Below the pieces are notes generated by a model. It was given only the letters and a program-made list of their open reading frames with translations, did not search any database and was not told where the DNA came from. The position numbers and the translations under genes were made by a program. This document shows positions 13,200 to 25,179 of a stretch of DNA of 64,000 bases, one piece after another. Source of the DNA: Hypanus sabinus (Eukaryota); contig NC_082711.1 of the NCBI RefSeq assembly GCF_030144855.1, positions 152,954,001-153,018,000 on the forward strand, written 5' to 3'. Each line of letters begins with the position of its first letter. The stretch's first letter is position 1.

Positions 13200-16100
13200 A
13201 AGTGGGGGAGAAAGGAGAGATAAGTAGTGGTAGAGATTGGCATAGTTAGGGGAATAGTTCTCTGCCACAGAGCCACAGAGACCTTCAGGCCATATTGACT
13301 GTCTGGTGCTAGGGTTAAAACATATCTTATAGGTTGGAGAAGAACCAGGGGGAGGGGGAGGTTCCAGTTATAGTGGTCCTTGGAGGAACTGACAACATAG
13401 GCATGGGTAGGAAAGAGGTTTTGCTGAGCAATTATGTGGAGCTTCAGGTAAAAGTGAAAAATTGGAACCATAAGGGTAATTATCCTGGATTATTACCTGT
13501 CACATGCAGATTAGTAGAAGGTAAATATGATTAATGAGGTAGATATGAGGCGTAACGCATGGTGGGATATAAAAGGTATTGATTCATGGGACACTGACAT
13601 CAGTACAGAGGAAAGAGAGAACTATTCTACTGGGAAGGGCTAAGCTGAATTTTGCTAGGACCAGTGATCTGGTAAATCAGATAAACAGGACTGTGCATGG
13701 GGCTACAGGGCTCTGAACTGACTAAGAGAAGAAAGGGCTGTAAGAAGCTGAAATTGAATAAATCAAGAAGAAACATCAGAATGATGACAGAAGATTGTGA
13801 AGGTGAAATGCACAAACCAAGTTTGATTTCCTGGGGCAAAAAATATAAAGAAAACTGTAGAGCAGAGAGAAATGTAGAGTTAGTAACAAATGTAAAAAGT
13901 CAATGCTTGACAGTTCTTACTTAAATGCATATAGCATTTACAATAGACAGATGAGTTGACATATGAATGTGACCTAATGTCTGGAATGGAGTTGAGGTTG
14001 TAAAGTGGCTGGGACCGGGTGTTCAGTATTTCAGGTTATACAATATTCCAAAAGAATTGTTCAAAGGGAGAACAAGTAGAGCAATGTAATCAAAGATATC
14101 AGAATGATGATGAGCTATGATATAGAGGGAGTGAACAGTAATGTAAAATTAGTTTTTAATTGAAATCATGAGTAGCAGGGGCAAGAAGACACAGGTGGGG
14201 GTGCTCTATAGGTCTCCAGGATGAGATTTCTCAATAGGGTGGAACATAAAGAAGAAATATTCAGGCCATGCTTGAGGGCAACTGCATTTACCTGACAAGA
14301 TTTAAAATTACATATTGATTAGACAAACCAAATGGCAAGAGTATCATGACAGAAGAATTTGTGAGGTGTGTCAGGAATTGTTTCTTTAGAACAGTATGTT
14401 ACTGAACCTACCCATAGATGGTTTTGCCTTAGATCTGGATACTGTAATGAAGGATTAATAGTCAACAGGATGAATAACCACAATATTGTGGAATTCCAGG
14501 TACATTTTGAGGGAAAACTATTATCTTCAAAGTCAGTTATAATGATGGAGTTGTCTATAGGGGACTGAGAAAATGAACGAGGAGACCAGTCAGTTGACTA
14601 TCAGTAACAGATATTCATACAGCTGTCCCTAACGTTCAAATGGAATCTATCCAATTTCGAAAGAGAAATTCCATGAGAAAGAGGTGCAGTCTGCATTTAA
14701 CAATGAACGTCAAGGATCATGTTAAATTGACCATGTAGGGCATAAAAAGTCCAATGTCAAAGCAAACACTACAAGTTTCCATGGGTACATACTATAAATT
14801 GGAGAAGTTGGCTAGGGTGTGTATGGGACCTCTAGAGAAGGAGACTGGTGAATCAATAGCAAGAAAGAACAAACTGGAGATATGATAAATCAACCTTTTG
14901 CAACAGACATCACCATGACAAACACTGCAAACATCCTATATTAACCGATTGGCTAATTTTAAATAACTTAGAAAAATCCCAAACACGATGGATAAATTAT
15001 TAGAACAACTGACAATGCTAAAGGTGGACAAATTGCTGGGACTTGATGCCTTCCAGCCACAAATTTTAAGAAGATAGTGGACTTATTGGCTGAAAATGTT
15101 CAAACTTGCTAAATTGTGGGAGAGTTCTGACAGTTGGTAAACAGCTAATGGTACCCCTTATTCAAAAAGGGATGGAGACAGCAGGAAGGGAAATAGTTTG
15201 GCATTTATTTTTGGCAAGATTCTCAAGTCAATAATCACTTGGAAATAACTAATCACTGAGGGAAGCTGAATAAACAGTAAGCAAATCTTATCAACATGGT
15301 TTATGTAAGGTAAATAATATCTGAAAACTTAAATTCTTTGAAGATGTGACCAGGAGATTTGGAAGAACCTATAGATGTAATGGAAAGTATTTAGATTTCC
15401 AAAAGGCATTTGACAAGGTGCCAAATCAGCCCGCCTGTTGATTGGAGGGTGGCTAGTGTTGTCCCACTTTTCAAGAAAGGAGGGAGAGAGAAAACAGGGA
15501 ATTACAGACCGGTTAGCCTGACGTCAGTGGTGGGAAAGATGCTGGAGTCAATTATAAAAGAGGAGATTACGACACATTTGGATAGCAGTAGAAGGATCAG
15601 TCCAAGTCAGCATGGATTTATGAAGGGAAAATCATGCTTGACTAATCTTCTGGAGTTTTTTGAGGATGTGACTATGAAAATGGACAAAGGAGAGCCAGTG
15701 GATGTAGTGTACCTGGACTTCCAGAAAGCTTTTGATAAAGTCCCACATAGGAGATTAGTGGGCAAAATTAGGGCACATGGTATTGGGGGCAGAGTACTGA
15801 CATGGATTGAAAATTGGCTGGCTGACAGGAGACAAAGAGTAGCGATTAACGGGTCCCTTTCAGACCAGTGGGGTACCACAAGGTTCGGTGCTGGGACCGC
15901 AGCTGTTTACAATATACATTAATGATTTAGATGAAGGGATTAAAAGTAACATTAGCAAATTTGCCAATGACACAAGGCTGAGTGGCAGTGTGAAATATCA
16001 GGAGGATGTTATGAGAATGCAGGGTGACTTGGACAGGTTGGGTGAGTGGGCAAATGTATGGCAGATGCAGTTTAATGTGGATAAATGTGAGGTTACCCAC

Positions 16101-18005
16101 TTTGGTGGCAAGAACAGGAAGGCAGATTACTATCTAAATGGAGTCAAGTTAGGAAAAGGGGAAGTACAACGAGATCTAGGTGTTCTTGTACATCAGTCAA
16201 TGAAAGCAAGCATGCAGGTACAGCAGGCAGTGAAGAAAGCTAATGGCATGCTGGCCTTTATAACAAGAGGAATTGAGTATAGGAGTAAAGAGGTCCTTCT
16301 GCGGCTGTACAGGGCCTTGGTGAGACCCCACCTGGAATATTGTGTGCAGTTTTGGTCTCCAAATTTGAGGAAGGACGTTCTTGCTATTGAGGGAGTGCAG
16401 CGTAGGTTCACAAGGTTAATTCCAGGAATGGCGGAACTGTCATATGTTGAAAGATTGGAGTGACTGGGCTTGTATACACTGGAATTTAGAAGGATAAGAG
16501 GGGATCTGATTGAATCATATAAGATTATTAAGGGATTGGACACACTGGAGGCAGGAAGCATGTTCCCACTGATGGGTGACTCCAGAACTAGAGGCCACAG
16601 TTTAAGCATAAGGGGTAGGCCATTTAGAACAGAGATGCGGAAAAACTTTTTCATCCAGAGAGTGGTGGATATGTGGAATGCTCTGCCCCAGAAGGCAGTA
16701 GAGGCCAAGTCTCTGGATGCATTCAAGAGAGAGTTAGATATAGATAGTGGGGTCAAGGGATATGGGGAGAGGGCAGGAACGGGGTACTGATTGTGTATGA
16801 TCAGCCATGATCACAGTGAATGGTGGTGCTGGCTAGAAGGGCCAAATGGCCTACTCCTGCACCTACGGTCTATTGTCTACATAAGAGACAAGGTATTAAG
16901 AAATTAAGGTATTGGAGGAAGAGTGTTCAAATAGATTGAAAACTGGCTGTGACATAGAAGATAAGGAATTGGAATAAGTAAATCTTTTTCAGGCTGGAGG
17001 GATATAACCAGTGAGTACCAGGGTGTAACTGATGGAGTACCCAGGGATCATTTCTTGGCCCTGAGTTGTCTCCTGTTTACATTTTTGACCTGGAGAAGGG
17101 CAAGGTTTCCAATGATAGAAATAAAATTTGGAAGGGTATATCATGATAATGGATTCTGCAAGGAGGCAGAGATTGAGTGCCTGGGTGAGAAGTCAGCAAG
17201 TGGAGCTTAATGCAGGGAAGAATGTGGTAACAGGAGTCACGAGGCAGATTATCTAAATGGAAAAAGAGACTCAAACCAAGTGAAGTTCAGAGGGGTCTGT
17301 GAAATCCAGTGAACCACACAAAGTTAGCAGGCAAATCCAATGAGTAGTTACAAAGGTAAACAATATGTTGTCACGTACAACAAAGGGAATGAAACTTAAG
17401 AATAGGGATCACAAGGAATCCCGCAAATGCTGGAAATCTTGAGCAATGCACATAAAATATATTGGAGGAACTTGGCAAGTCAGACAGCATCTACAGAGGG
17501 GAATAAACTGTAGATGCTTCAGGTTAAATTTTATTACGGTTGTACAGGTGTTGGTGAGGCCACACCAGAAATGCTGGGCATAGATTTGGTTGGGTTACCC
17601 AAAAATGGGTAAAATAACACTGAAGAGGATTTGGGAAGCTAACTCTTGGGATGAAATCACTGTCCCGCCTATACACCCTAGAGTTTAGAGGAATGCCAGC
17701 TGACCTTTTTCAAGCACGCAAGATCCTAAGATAAGATCTAAGAAAGCCTCACACAATAGAGATGTTAGTGCCTTCACTAGTGATTGATCACTAATAAAGA
17801 GAAAAATTGACAAAAAAAAGCTTTTCTTCTCAACGGGTAGTGAATCTCTGGAATTGTTTGCCCTGTGTGATGGGACAGTACCATTTGATACATTTTATGG
17901 TGGAGGCAGATGAATATTTAAAAGATTGAGAAATTGAAGGCTAAGGGGAACTGATGCAGAAGAGAAGTTGAGGTCAGCATAGGTCAGCAATGATCAAAAT
18001 GAATG
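13200..18005 (+). mobile_element. Old, degraded, near full-length CR1 LINE (ORF1 esterase, endonuclease and RT remnants), interrupted by younger insertions
   Basis: VVLGGTDNIGMGRKEVL (13334-13534) resembles the CR1 ORF1 SGNH esterase. RT remnants YLDFQKAFDKVP|HKR are split at 15423/16880. A decayed 3' end lies near 18000. Confidence 0.8.
15424..16879 (+). mobile_element. Young 5'-truncated CR1 LINE (RT and 3' UTR)
   Basis: NYRPVSLTSVVGK, QHGFMKGKSCLTNL, YLDFQKAFDKVPH and RPHLEYCVQFWSP motifs, with one frameshift and one stop; (CTATTGT)-type tail. Confidence 0.95.
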
Positions 18006-18099
18006 GTGGGGGGAGAATCAGGTTTGAGGGACCTGGCTGTAGTGTTGGCATTTTCTTAAGAACCTACTAATGAGCAAGAATCTCACTGGAGTGTTTGAC

Positions 18100-19250
18100 T
18101 TCTGCCCTTTGTCGCCGGCATTTTACAGCGTAAACTGTGTTCTGAGGAAATATCACGAACACGATAAAATCTGCAGATGCTGGAAATCTAAAGCAACACG
18201 CACGAAGTGTGTTGCTCTGAGCAAATGTCCTTTGTCTCAAATGAACACGTCAGTGACGCGCAGCTGACCTACAACCAGCAGTTAACAGTCGCCGGGAACA
18301 GCACCAAATAGCACCGAAACTGGACGTACCTCGCAGCTTAGACTTACTGAAGAACTAAGAGGGTGCAATGCCGTTTCGTCCACAAGTCCTTCGGATCTTC
18401 CAGCTGCCTGTTCTGCTCATCCTCGCATCGGAACAATGAACTCCCTGACACAACTCGGAGTGCGGGCAGTCAGCAGAATGGAGCGGGACAAGGGGATGCA
18501 CCGACACGGTGTCGGCGCTGGGCACGTTTGCTGCGAGGTACTCAGCTGGCGATCAGCCCCTTGTGCTGCGCCGTTACTCGAAGCCCTGCAGAGCTTTCGG
18601 GCTCGGTGGGAAACGGCTACAGCCCCGATCAGCGCCAGAAACTACCAGCAGCAAGTCGAGGCGTCTCGGTCTCACTGCGCGCTCACATGAAATGAGGGAA
18701 GTTGGGGAAACCGCGTCGCATCCCAGCAATTCAAACATCGCTGTAATTAAAGTCTTACCTGCTCTCGAGGTCAGCGGAAGCAACGAAAGGAAGAAAACGA
18801 GGGAATGCATTTCTCTCCTCTCTGGTTCCAAAACTGTCAGGAGAACCTCGTTGTACCACCTCCCGGTGGCGGGGTGCTGGGGTTTTTATCTCTCCCGGGG
18901 CAGTGCGACCTGATTTAGGAGGATGAACTCCTCCTTCTTCCCCTCCTCCTCCCCCTCCTCGATCCTCCTCTCCGCGAATTCCTTCAGACTCTACTTGGGC
19001 ACATTGGGCACTGTGGGAGTTCTTTGTCAGTTAGTTCCGGGGTGGGGGGTTGTGGGGGTAGATCGGGGTAGAGGGTGAGTGAGTGATGCCTCCGCATTTG
19101 ATTGCAGTTCCACTCCTCAGGTAAGCAGCATTAAGGCCGATCAAAAACTCAAATTAGGCGGATCATCTTTCAAAGTCTCTGTGAATTACGCGTCAAAGCC
19201 GAGCTCCTATTTGTCTAAGCCAATTCATTGCAGCTTCCCTGCTGGGAATT
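18100..19250 (-). promoter_or_regulatory. CpG-rich promoter/first-exon region of CA4 with a TATA-like GATAAAAA (18883-18890, minus strand)
   Basis: Visibly high CpG and GC content around exon 1. The TATA-like element is about 75 bp upstream of the ATG. Pyrimidine (CTC) and G-run tracts lie further upstream at 18930-19075. Confidence 0.6.
18759..18810 (-). CDS. CA4: Carbonic anhydrase 4-like, coding exon 1 (signal peptide)
   Basis: ATG at 18810 reads MHSLVFFLSLLPLTSRA+G, a hydrophobic signal peptide, followed by a GTAAGA donor in phase 1. It lies in a CpG-rich region and joins in frame to exon 2. Confidence 0.85.
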
Positions 19251-19935
19251 TGCCCTATATCAACTTATCAAAAAACGTCTTTAAATAAAATGACCGTCAA
19301 ATTTGTGGTATTTGTGAGTCATACCCCATGCAAGAACAAACCAATAAATGTTAGCTAAAAATTGTAATCATTACAACGGGAAAGAGATACAGTATCACAT
19401 TTGCAGACCGACAAGGTCGGGACTTGAGTTCATGACTTCTATATCGCGGTGATCAAAATTCTGCTGCAGATCTGTAGATCGTGGTTTAGAATTCTCAATT
19501 CTCCAGACAATCGAGTAATCTCCTGATATATTATTGGAACCTGGAACCTGCTTTATGTATTAATTATAAAGTGTAAATAAAACCAATACCTCGAGTTTTT
19601 CATTGGCGCCTCGAGAGTTAACTGGGGACAAATGGAGAGTGTGAAGAGATTCAGGGAGAACCGTAGAAATTGTCAGCAACCCTAAAATATCTGTTTAAAA
19701 TCAGCGTGTATGAGTGTACGATGCTTTTCCAAGCGGAGATTTCCGATCCACTGTCTTACAGAGTGGAGAATATTGTCAACTCCAAGACCATAAGACATAG
19801 ACGCAGAATTAAGTCATTCGGCCCACCGTCTGCTCCTCCATTCCATCATGGCAGATTTATTATCCCTCTCAACCCCATTCTCCTGCCTTCTCTCTGTAAC
19901 CTTCGACGCCCTTGCTAAACAAGAGCCTGTCAATC

Positions 19936-21375
19936 AATAGACAATAGGTGCAGGAGTAGACCATTCGGCCCTTCGAGCCTGCACCACCATTCTGAGATCA
20001 TGGCTGATCATCTACTATCAATACCCGGATCCTGCCTTGTCCCCATATCCATAAGATACCTATCTAGTTCCTTCTTGAAAGCATCCAGAGAATTGGCCTC
20101 CACTGCCTTCGGAGGCAGTGCATTCCAGACCCCCACAACTGTCTGGGAGAAGAAGTTTTTCCTTAACTCTGTCCTAAATGACCTACCCCTTATTCTCAAA
20201 CCATGCCCTCTGGTACTGGACTCTCCCAGCAGCTGGAACATATTTCCTGCCTCTATCTGCTTCACTGCATCGGAAGGCAGTGGAGGCCAATTCATGATCA
20301 GCCATGATCTCAAAATGGCGGTGCAGGCTTGAAGAGCTGAATGGTCTACTTCTGCAGCTATTATCTATTGTCTATCTTGTCCAATCCCTTAATAATCTTA
20401 TATGTTGCAATCAGATCCCCTCTCAATCTCCTTAATTCCAGCGTGTACAAGCCCAGTCTCTCTAACCTCTCTGCGTATGACAGTCTGGACACCCCAGGAA
20501 TTAACCTCGTGAATCTAGGCTGCACTTCCTCTATAGCCAGGATGTCCTTCATTAACCCTGGAGACCAAAACTGTACACAATACTCCAGGTCTGGTCTCAC
20601 CAGGGCCCTGTACAAATGCAAAAGGATTTCCTTGCTCTTGTACTCAATTCCCTTTGTAATAAAGGCCAACATTCCATTAGCCTTCTTCACTGCCTGCTGC
20701 ACTTGCTCATTCACCTTCAGTGACTGATGAACAAGGACTCCTAGATCTCTTTGTATTTCTCCCTTACCTAACTCTACACCATTCAGATAATAATCTGCCT
20801 TCCTGTTCTTACTCCCAAAGTGGATAACCTCACACTTATTCACATTAAACATCATCTGCCAAGTATCTGCCCACTTACTCAGCCTATCCAAGTCACCCTG
20901 AATTCTCCTAACATCCTCATCACATGTCACACTGCCACCCAGCTTAGTATCATCAGCAAACTTGCTGATGTTATTCTCAATGCCTTCATCTAAATTGTTG
21001 ATGTAAATCGTAAACAGCTGTAGTCCCAATACCGAACCCTGTGGCACCCCACTAGTCACCACCTGCCATTCCAAGAAACACCCATTCACCGTTACCCTTT
21101 GCTTTCTATCTGCCAACCAGTTCTCTATCCATGTCAATGTCTTCCCCCCGATGCACTGAGCTTTGATTTTACCCACCAATCTCCTATGTGGGACCTTATC
21201 AAATGCCTTCTGAAAATCGAGGTACACTACATCCACTGGATCTCCCTTGTCTAACTTCCTGGTTACATTCTCGAAAAACTCCAATAGATTAGTCAAGCAT
21301 GATTTGCCCTTGGTAAATCCATGCTGACTCGGCCCAATCCTATCACTGCTATCTAGGTATGCCACTATTTCATCT
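19936..21375 (-). mobile_element. 5'-truncated CR1 LINE with a 334-aa open RT frame, nested in an older CR1 tail (about 19790-21570)
   Basis: ORF 20361-21365 contains SGVPQGSVLG and SKFADDTKLGG; the 3' UTR is at 19936-20250. Confidence 0.95.
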
Positions 21376-24300
21376 TTAAATATGAAATCTCGGCTTTAAA
21401 TATGGCCAATGGCCTCCATAGCCGTCTGAGAATTCCACATATCCACCGCCCTCTGGCTGAAGAAATTTCTCTTCTGTTTTAAATGAATGTCCTTGTGTTC
21501 TGAGGGTGAGCCCTCTGGCCGAGACTCTCCCACTACTGGAAACATCCTCTCCACCACCACTCATTCTTGGCCTTCCAAGAATTAGGCCTATCAATTTTGT
21601 TTCCAATGTAAATGCTGGAGCTGATAACATTGGTTTAAATTCTTCTGCTACAATCTCACAAGAGTTCAAATGTTTGCATTAAGTTCCTTAGCATTAGCAG
21701 GAGTTGCTATTTATTATATGCAATGTATTAGAATGGTAAAAGAATGAATCTGGCACTTTGCTGTACTGGAGAGTGTTCTCTGAGGCTTTGAGCCAAGTGT
21801 GTGGCCTGCAGGCCGAGAAGCCTGGAGACGGGCCCAAGCCTATGATCGACTCCACTCCTCACCGGTTAAAGCCCCGAAGAAGATTGAAATTATTAAGGTG
21901 GATGTGGTAGACAAGTGGTTGTTCAGACCCTACTGCCAGCCTCTCAATTGTTGCTGCTGGAGGATGGTGTCTAGTTGTGACAGTCTCTCTCTCCCTCATG
22001 TTTGCTGCTCCCAAAGGAAGGAACACTCCTTGGAATGGTCTCTCTCTCCTGCAGGACTGTGCTGGTTTTGGATCTTGGGCTAGGTTTAATTGAGACAGTG
22101 TGTGGACTGAACTCTGTAGTTCACATTATGATGTATTTCTGGCTTCTGGTCTCTCATTCTTTTATTGCTGTTTGGGGGGATTTTGAATTGGGGCAGCCTG
22201 CAGATAGTGAACACCCAGCAGAACTGAATATGCCTGGGCTCTTTCGTTTTTGTGTTTCATGTTCTGTGTTTTCATTCCTTTCTTGTTGCCGTTTGCACAG
22301 TTTGTTCTTTTTTTGCACATGGGGGTGGGGTTTCGCTTGATGTTTTTCTCTGGATGGGTTCCATGGTTTTCTTTGTTTCGTGCCTGTCTGTGAGGAAGAT
22401 GAATCTCAGGGTTGCTCACTGTATACATACCCTGATAATAAATATACTTTGAACCTTTGAATGCATGTGTTCCTGTTATATTAGTACATACCAACATCAT
22501 GTTATCTAGAACTGGAATTTATAATGGTAGTTATGGTTAGTAAGATAACACTATTAGATTAAATTGTAAAACAATAAAATCTAAAATCCAATTATTTCAA
22601 TAATTTCTGGATTAGGAAGAGGTTCCACTTCTGTCATTATGGTATCTTTCATGCTCATTATACCCAGGGACTCCAAAATAAAACATCTGAAACTAGAAAA
22701 TGAGAGACATTGAAAAGCCTATATCCAACACAAGTGGATGAGCTGGGGTTGGGTTTTCTAACAATTAAATCATATTACCAAAAAATATACAAAACCAAGA
22801 AATGTGAAAAAGTCATTGATCTGCCTCAATTCTTTCACAGATCGAAGAACTATATAATTTGGTTTGGCCACCGAAAATGGAATTTCAGGTAGAATTTCCA
22901 ATAAAGATATACTCAGGTAGACACTTCCTCTGCATGGACCTGGCTCATGATATAAATCAATGTTACAATCTACATTAGCCATCTTCCGGAATCCTCAAGT
23001 GGTACATCATTGGCTGAAGCTGTGTGTATTGCACTGTACTGCCACTGTGAAACAACATATTTCATGGCACATGCCAGATATTAAACCTGATTCTGATTCT
23101 GATTCTGAAAAATCAATCAACTTTAAGTTATCTCCTCTTTACATAGGTCATTATTCACCACTTGAGTTCTCTTGAAAGCATTGGCTTCTCACTGAAGCAC
23201 CAATTGTTCCATGGCATCTTTCTAAAAAGTTCATTGAATACATGAGCAGAAAGGTTATGATCAATCTATGTAAAATATTTGTCAGTTGGAGTACTGCATG
23301 CAATACTATACGTGATAGGAAAAATTTTTATAACACTAGAGAGAAAGTTCACCAGGGTTTTGCCTGGGATAGAACATTTAGTTATGAAGCGAGGCTGGAT
23401 CAGGTTTTCCTGGAGTGGAGGGGATTATGAGGGAACATGATTAAGGTATATAAAATCATGAGGGCGTATAGACGGGGTGGAGTGCAGTAATCTTTTCCAC
23501 CAATCAGAGGTGAATAAAACTAAAGGACATTGACGATAAGAGGTTGAAGCTTTGGAGACGATCTGTGAGTGCTCATTTTCACCCAGACAGTAATGAGTAT
23601 CTGGAATGCATTGCCATGGAGAGGTGGAAGCAAAATGGTTCTGAGCAAGTAAGAGATACCCAAACTGGTACTTGAATTGTCTAGTTTTGAAGTCTGTGGG
23701 CTAAGTGCTGGAGGATGGAGTTCATACAGGTGGATTCCCACTGGATAGTATGGATGTGATGGACTGAATGGTCTCTTTCCATGGGTGACTCTGTAAAAGC
23801 ATCAGTGTGTGTGTTGACAGGCTTCTTGGTGCCGAGGACATTTACGTACAAATCGGCAAGCACAGAGGGGAAAAGGAGGGTGTGCCAGAGGATATCATGG
23901 AAACTGTTACTGTAAGCATCTTCAAGAAAAGAGCCAAATCTCAGGTTAAAGTTCAGGTTTATTGTCATTCAACCATACAGGTGAAAAACAGCTGAATCAA
24001 GCATCAGAAACGAGGAAGTCTGCAGATGCTGGAAGTCCACAGCAACACACGCAAAATGCTGGAGAATCTCAGCAGATCTGGCTGAATCTACAGAAATGAA
24101 TATATAGTCAGCATTTCAGATCAAAGCATCGTTCCTCTGGGGCCAAGGTGCAAAGCGCAGTACATATACACACAGCACGTATGACAAAGTTACGACCCAG
24201 CACATATTAGCTCGTCCCTGAGTGACGTGGCCCGAAGGTTGACAGGTTGACTTAAAGTGTGAGGTGGAGGTTGATGTGAGACTGTATACTGGCACTGTTG

Positions 24301-24449
24301 AAATGAAACAAGCAGTCGTACGAATGGGTGAAGCAGCAATAACCGATGAGGAGTGGCCAGTGCAGAATAAGACTTTGTCTGTGTGTTGGGGAGAGGGCGG
24401 CATGGGTGGTGGGGGGAGGTCGGGGCGGCAGGGCAGGCCATTCGTGTGT

Positions 24450-24850
24450 GCTGGCTGGCAGCCATGTGTTACGGACTCACGAGGGGGCAGAGGCTGTTAC
24501 CCAGCCTGACAGTTTGGATCCTTGTGCTGCCGTACCTTCTGCCTGATGGAGGGAGGAAGCGGAGAGAGAGAGAGAGAAACCGATGATGTTTTTAGCAGAC
24601 TTTACGATGCGTTGCAGGGTCCTGCATTGCAATTCCCGTACCAAATGGTGACACAGCTGATCTGGACACTCTCGATGGTGCCCCTGTGGAACATGTTAAG
24701 AATGGGGAACCTCGCTTGCCTTAGCCCTCTCGACAAATGGAGGCAGTGCTCTGCTCTCTTGGTTAAAGGGGTGGTGTTGGGGGTGGGGGGGGGGCAGGTT
24801 AGATCATCAGTAGTGAGCACGCCAAGAAATTTGGTGCTGCTTACTCTAGA
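24450..24850 (-). mobile_element. Degraded Rex1/L2-type LINE fragment
   Basis: Minus-strand remnant RGTIESVQISCVTIWYGNC. Confidence 0.7.
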
Positions 24851-24864
24851 GTATGTAGGAACCT

Positions 24865-25092
24865 TTCAAAGTCCAACCCTATGTCCCCATCATTAGAGGT
24901 GGAAATGGGGACGGCTGGCCAGCAGGGCTTTGGTGAAACTGTACAGGCCAATCCCCTGTACAGTGGATGCAATGGGTTACAGAAACATTGATGAACTCCA
25001 ACTACACCATGGATCTCAGAGAACGATGGAGACGGGAAGTCGATGATGCTCTACGCTCCACTGGGAGCTAAATGCCCAAGTAAAGAAGTAAG
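24865..25092 (+). mobile_element. About 220-bp interspersed repeat with an RTE-like 3' tail (second copy at about 41255-41463)
   Basis: Both copies share caaagtccaaccct...gccaatcccctgtacagtggat...gctccact.g.gagctaa. Confidence 0.7.
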
Positions 25093-25179
25093 CAGGATGT
25101 AGATGAAGCTTGCATATGTGAGTGTTGCTAATGTGAACTGAGCCACACATGGAGGCTGCAACTGGGAGACGTAAAATGT

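Noticed and set aside
16193-16756. 187-aa ORF and similar ORFs (20341-20727, 26570-27298)
   Set aside because: These are antisense frames of CR1 reverse transcriptase coding sequence.
18363-18913. Overlapping plus-strand ORFs of 84-134 aa
   Set aside because: These are stop-poor frames of a GC-rich CpG island, antisense to CA4 exon 1, with no recognisable domains.
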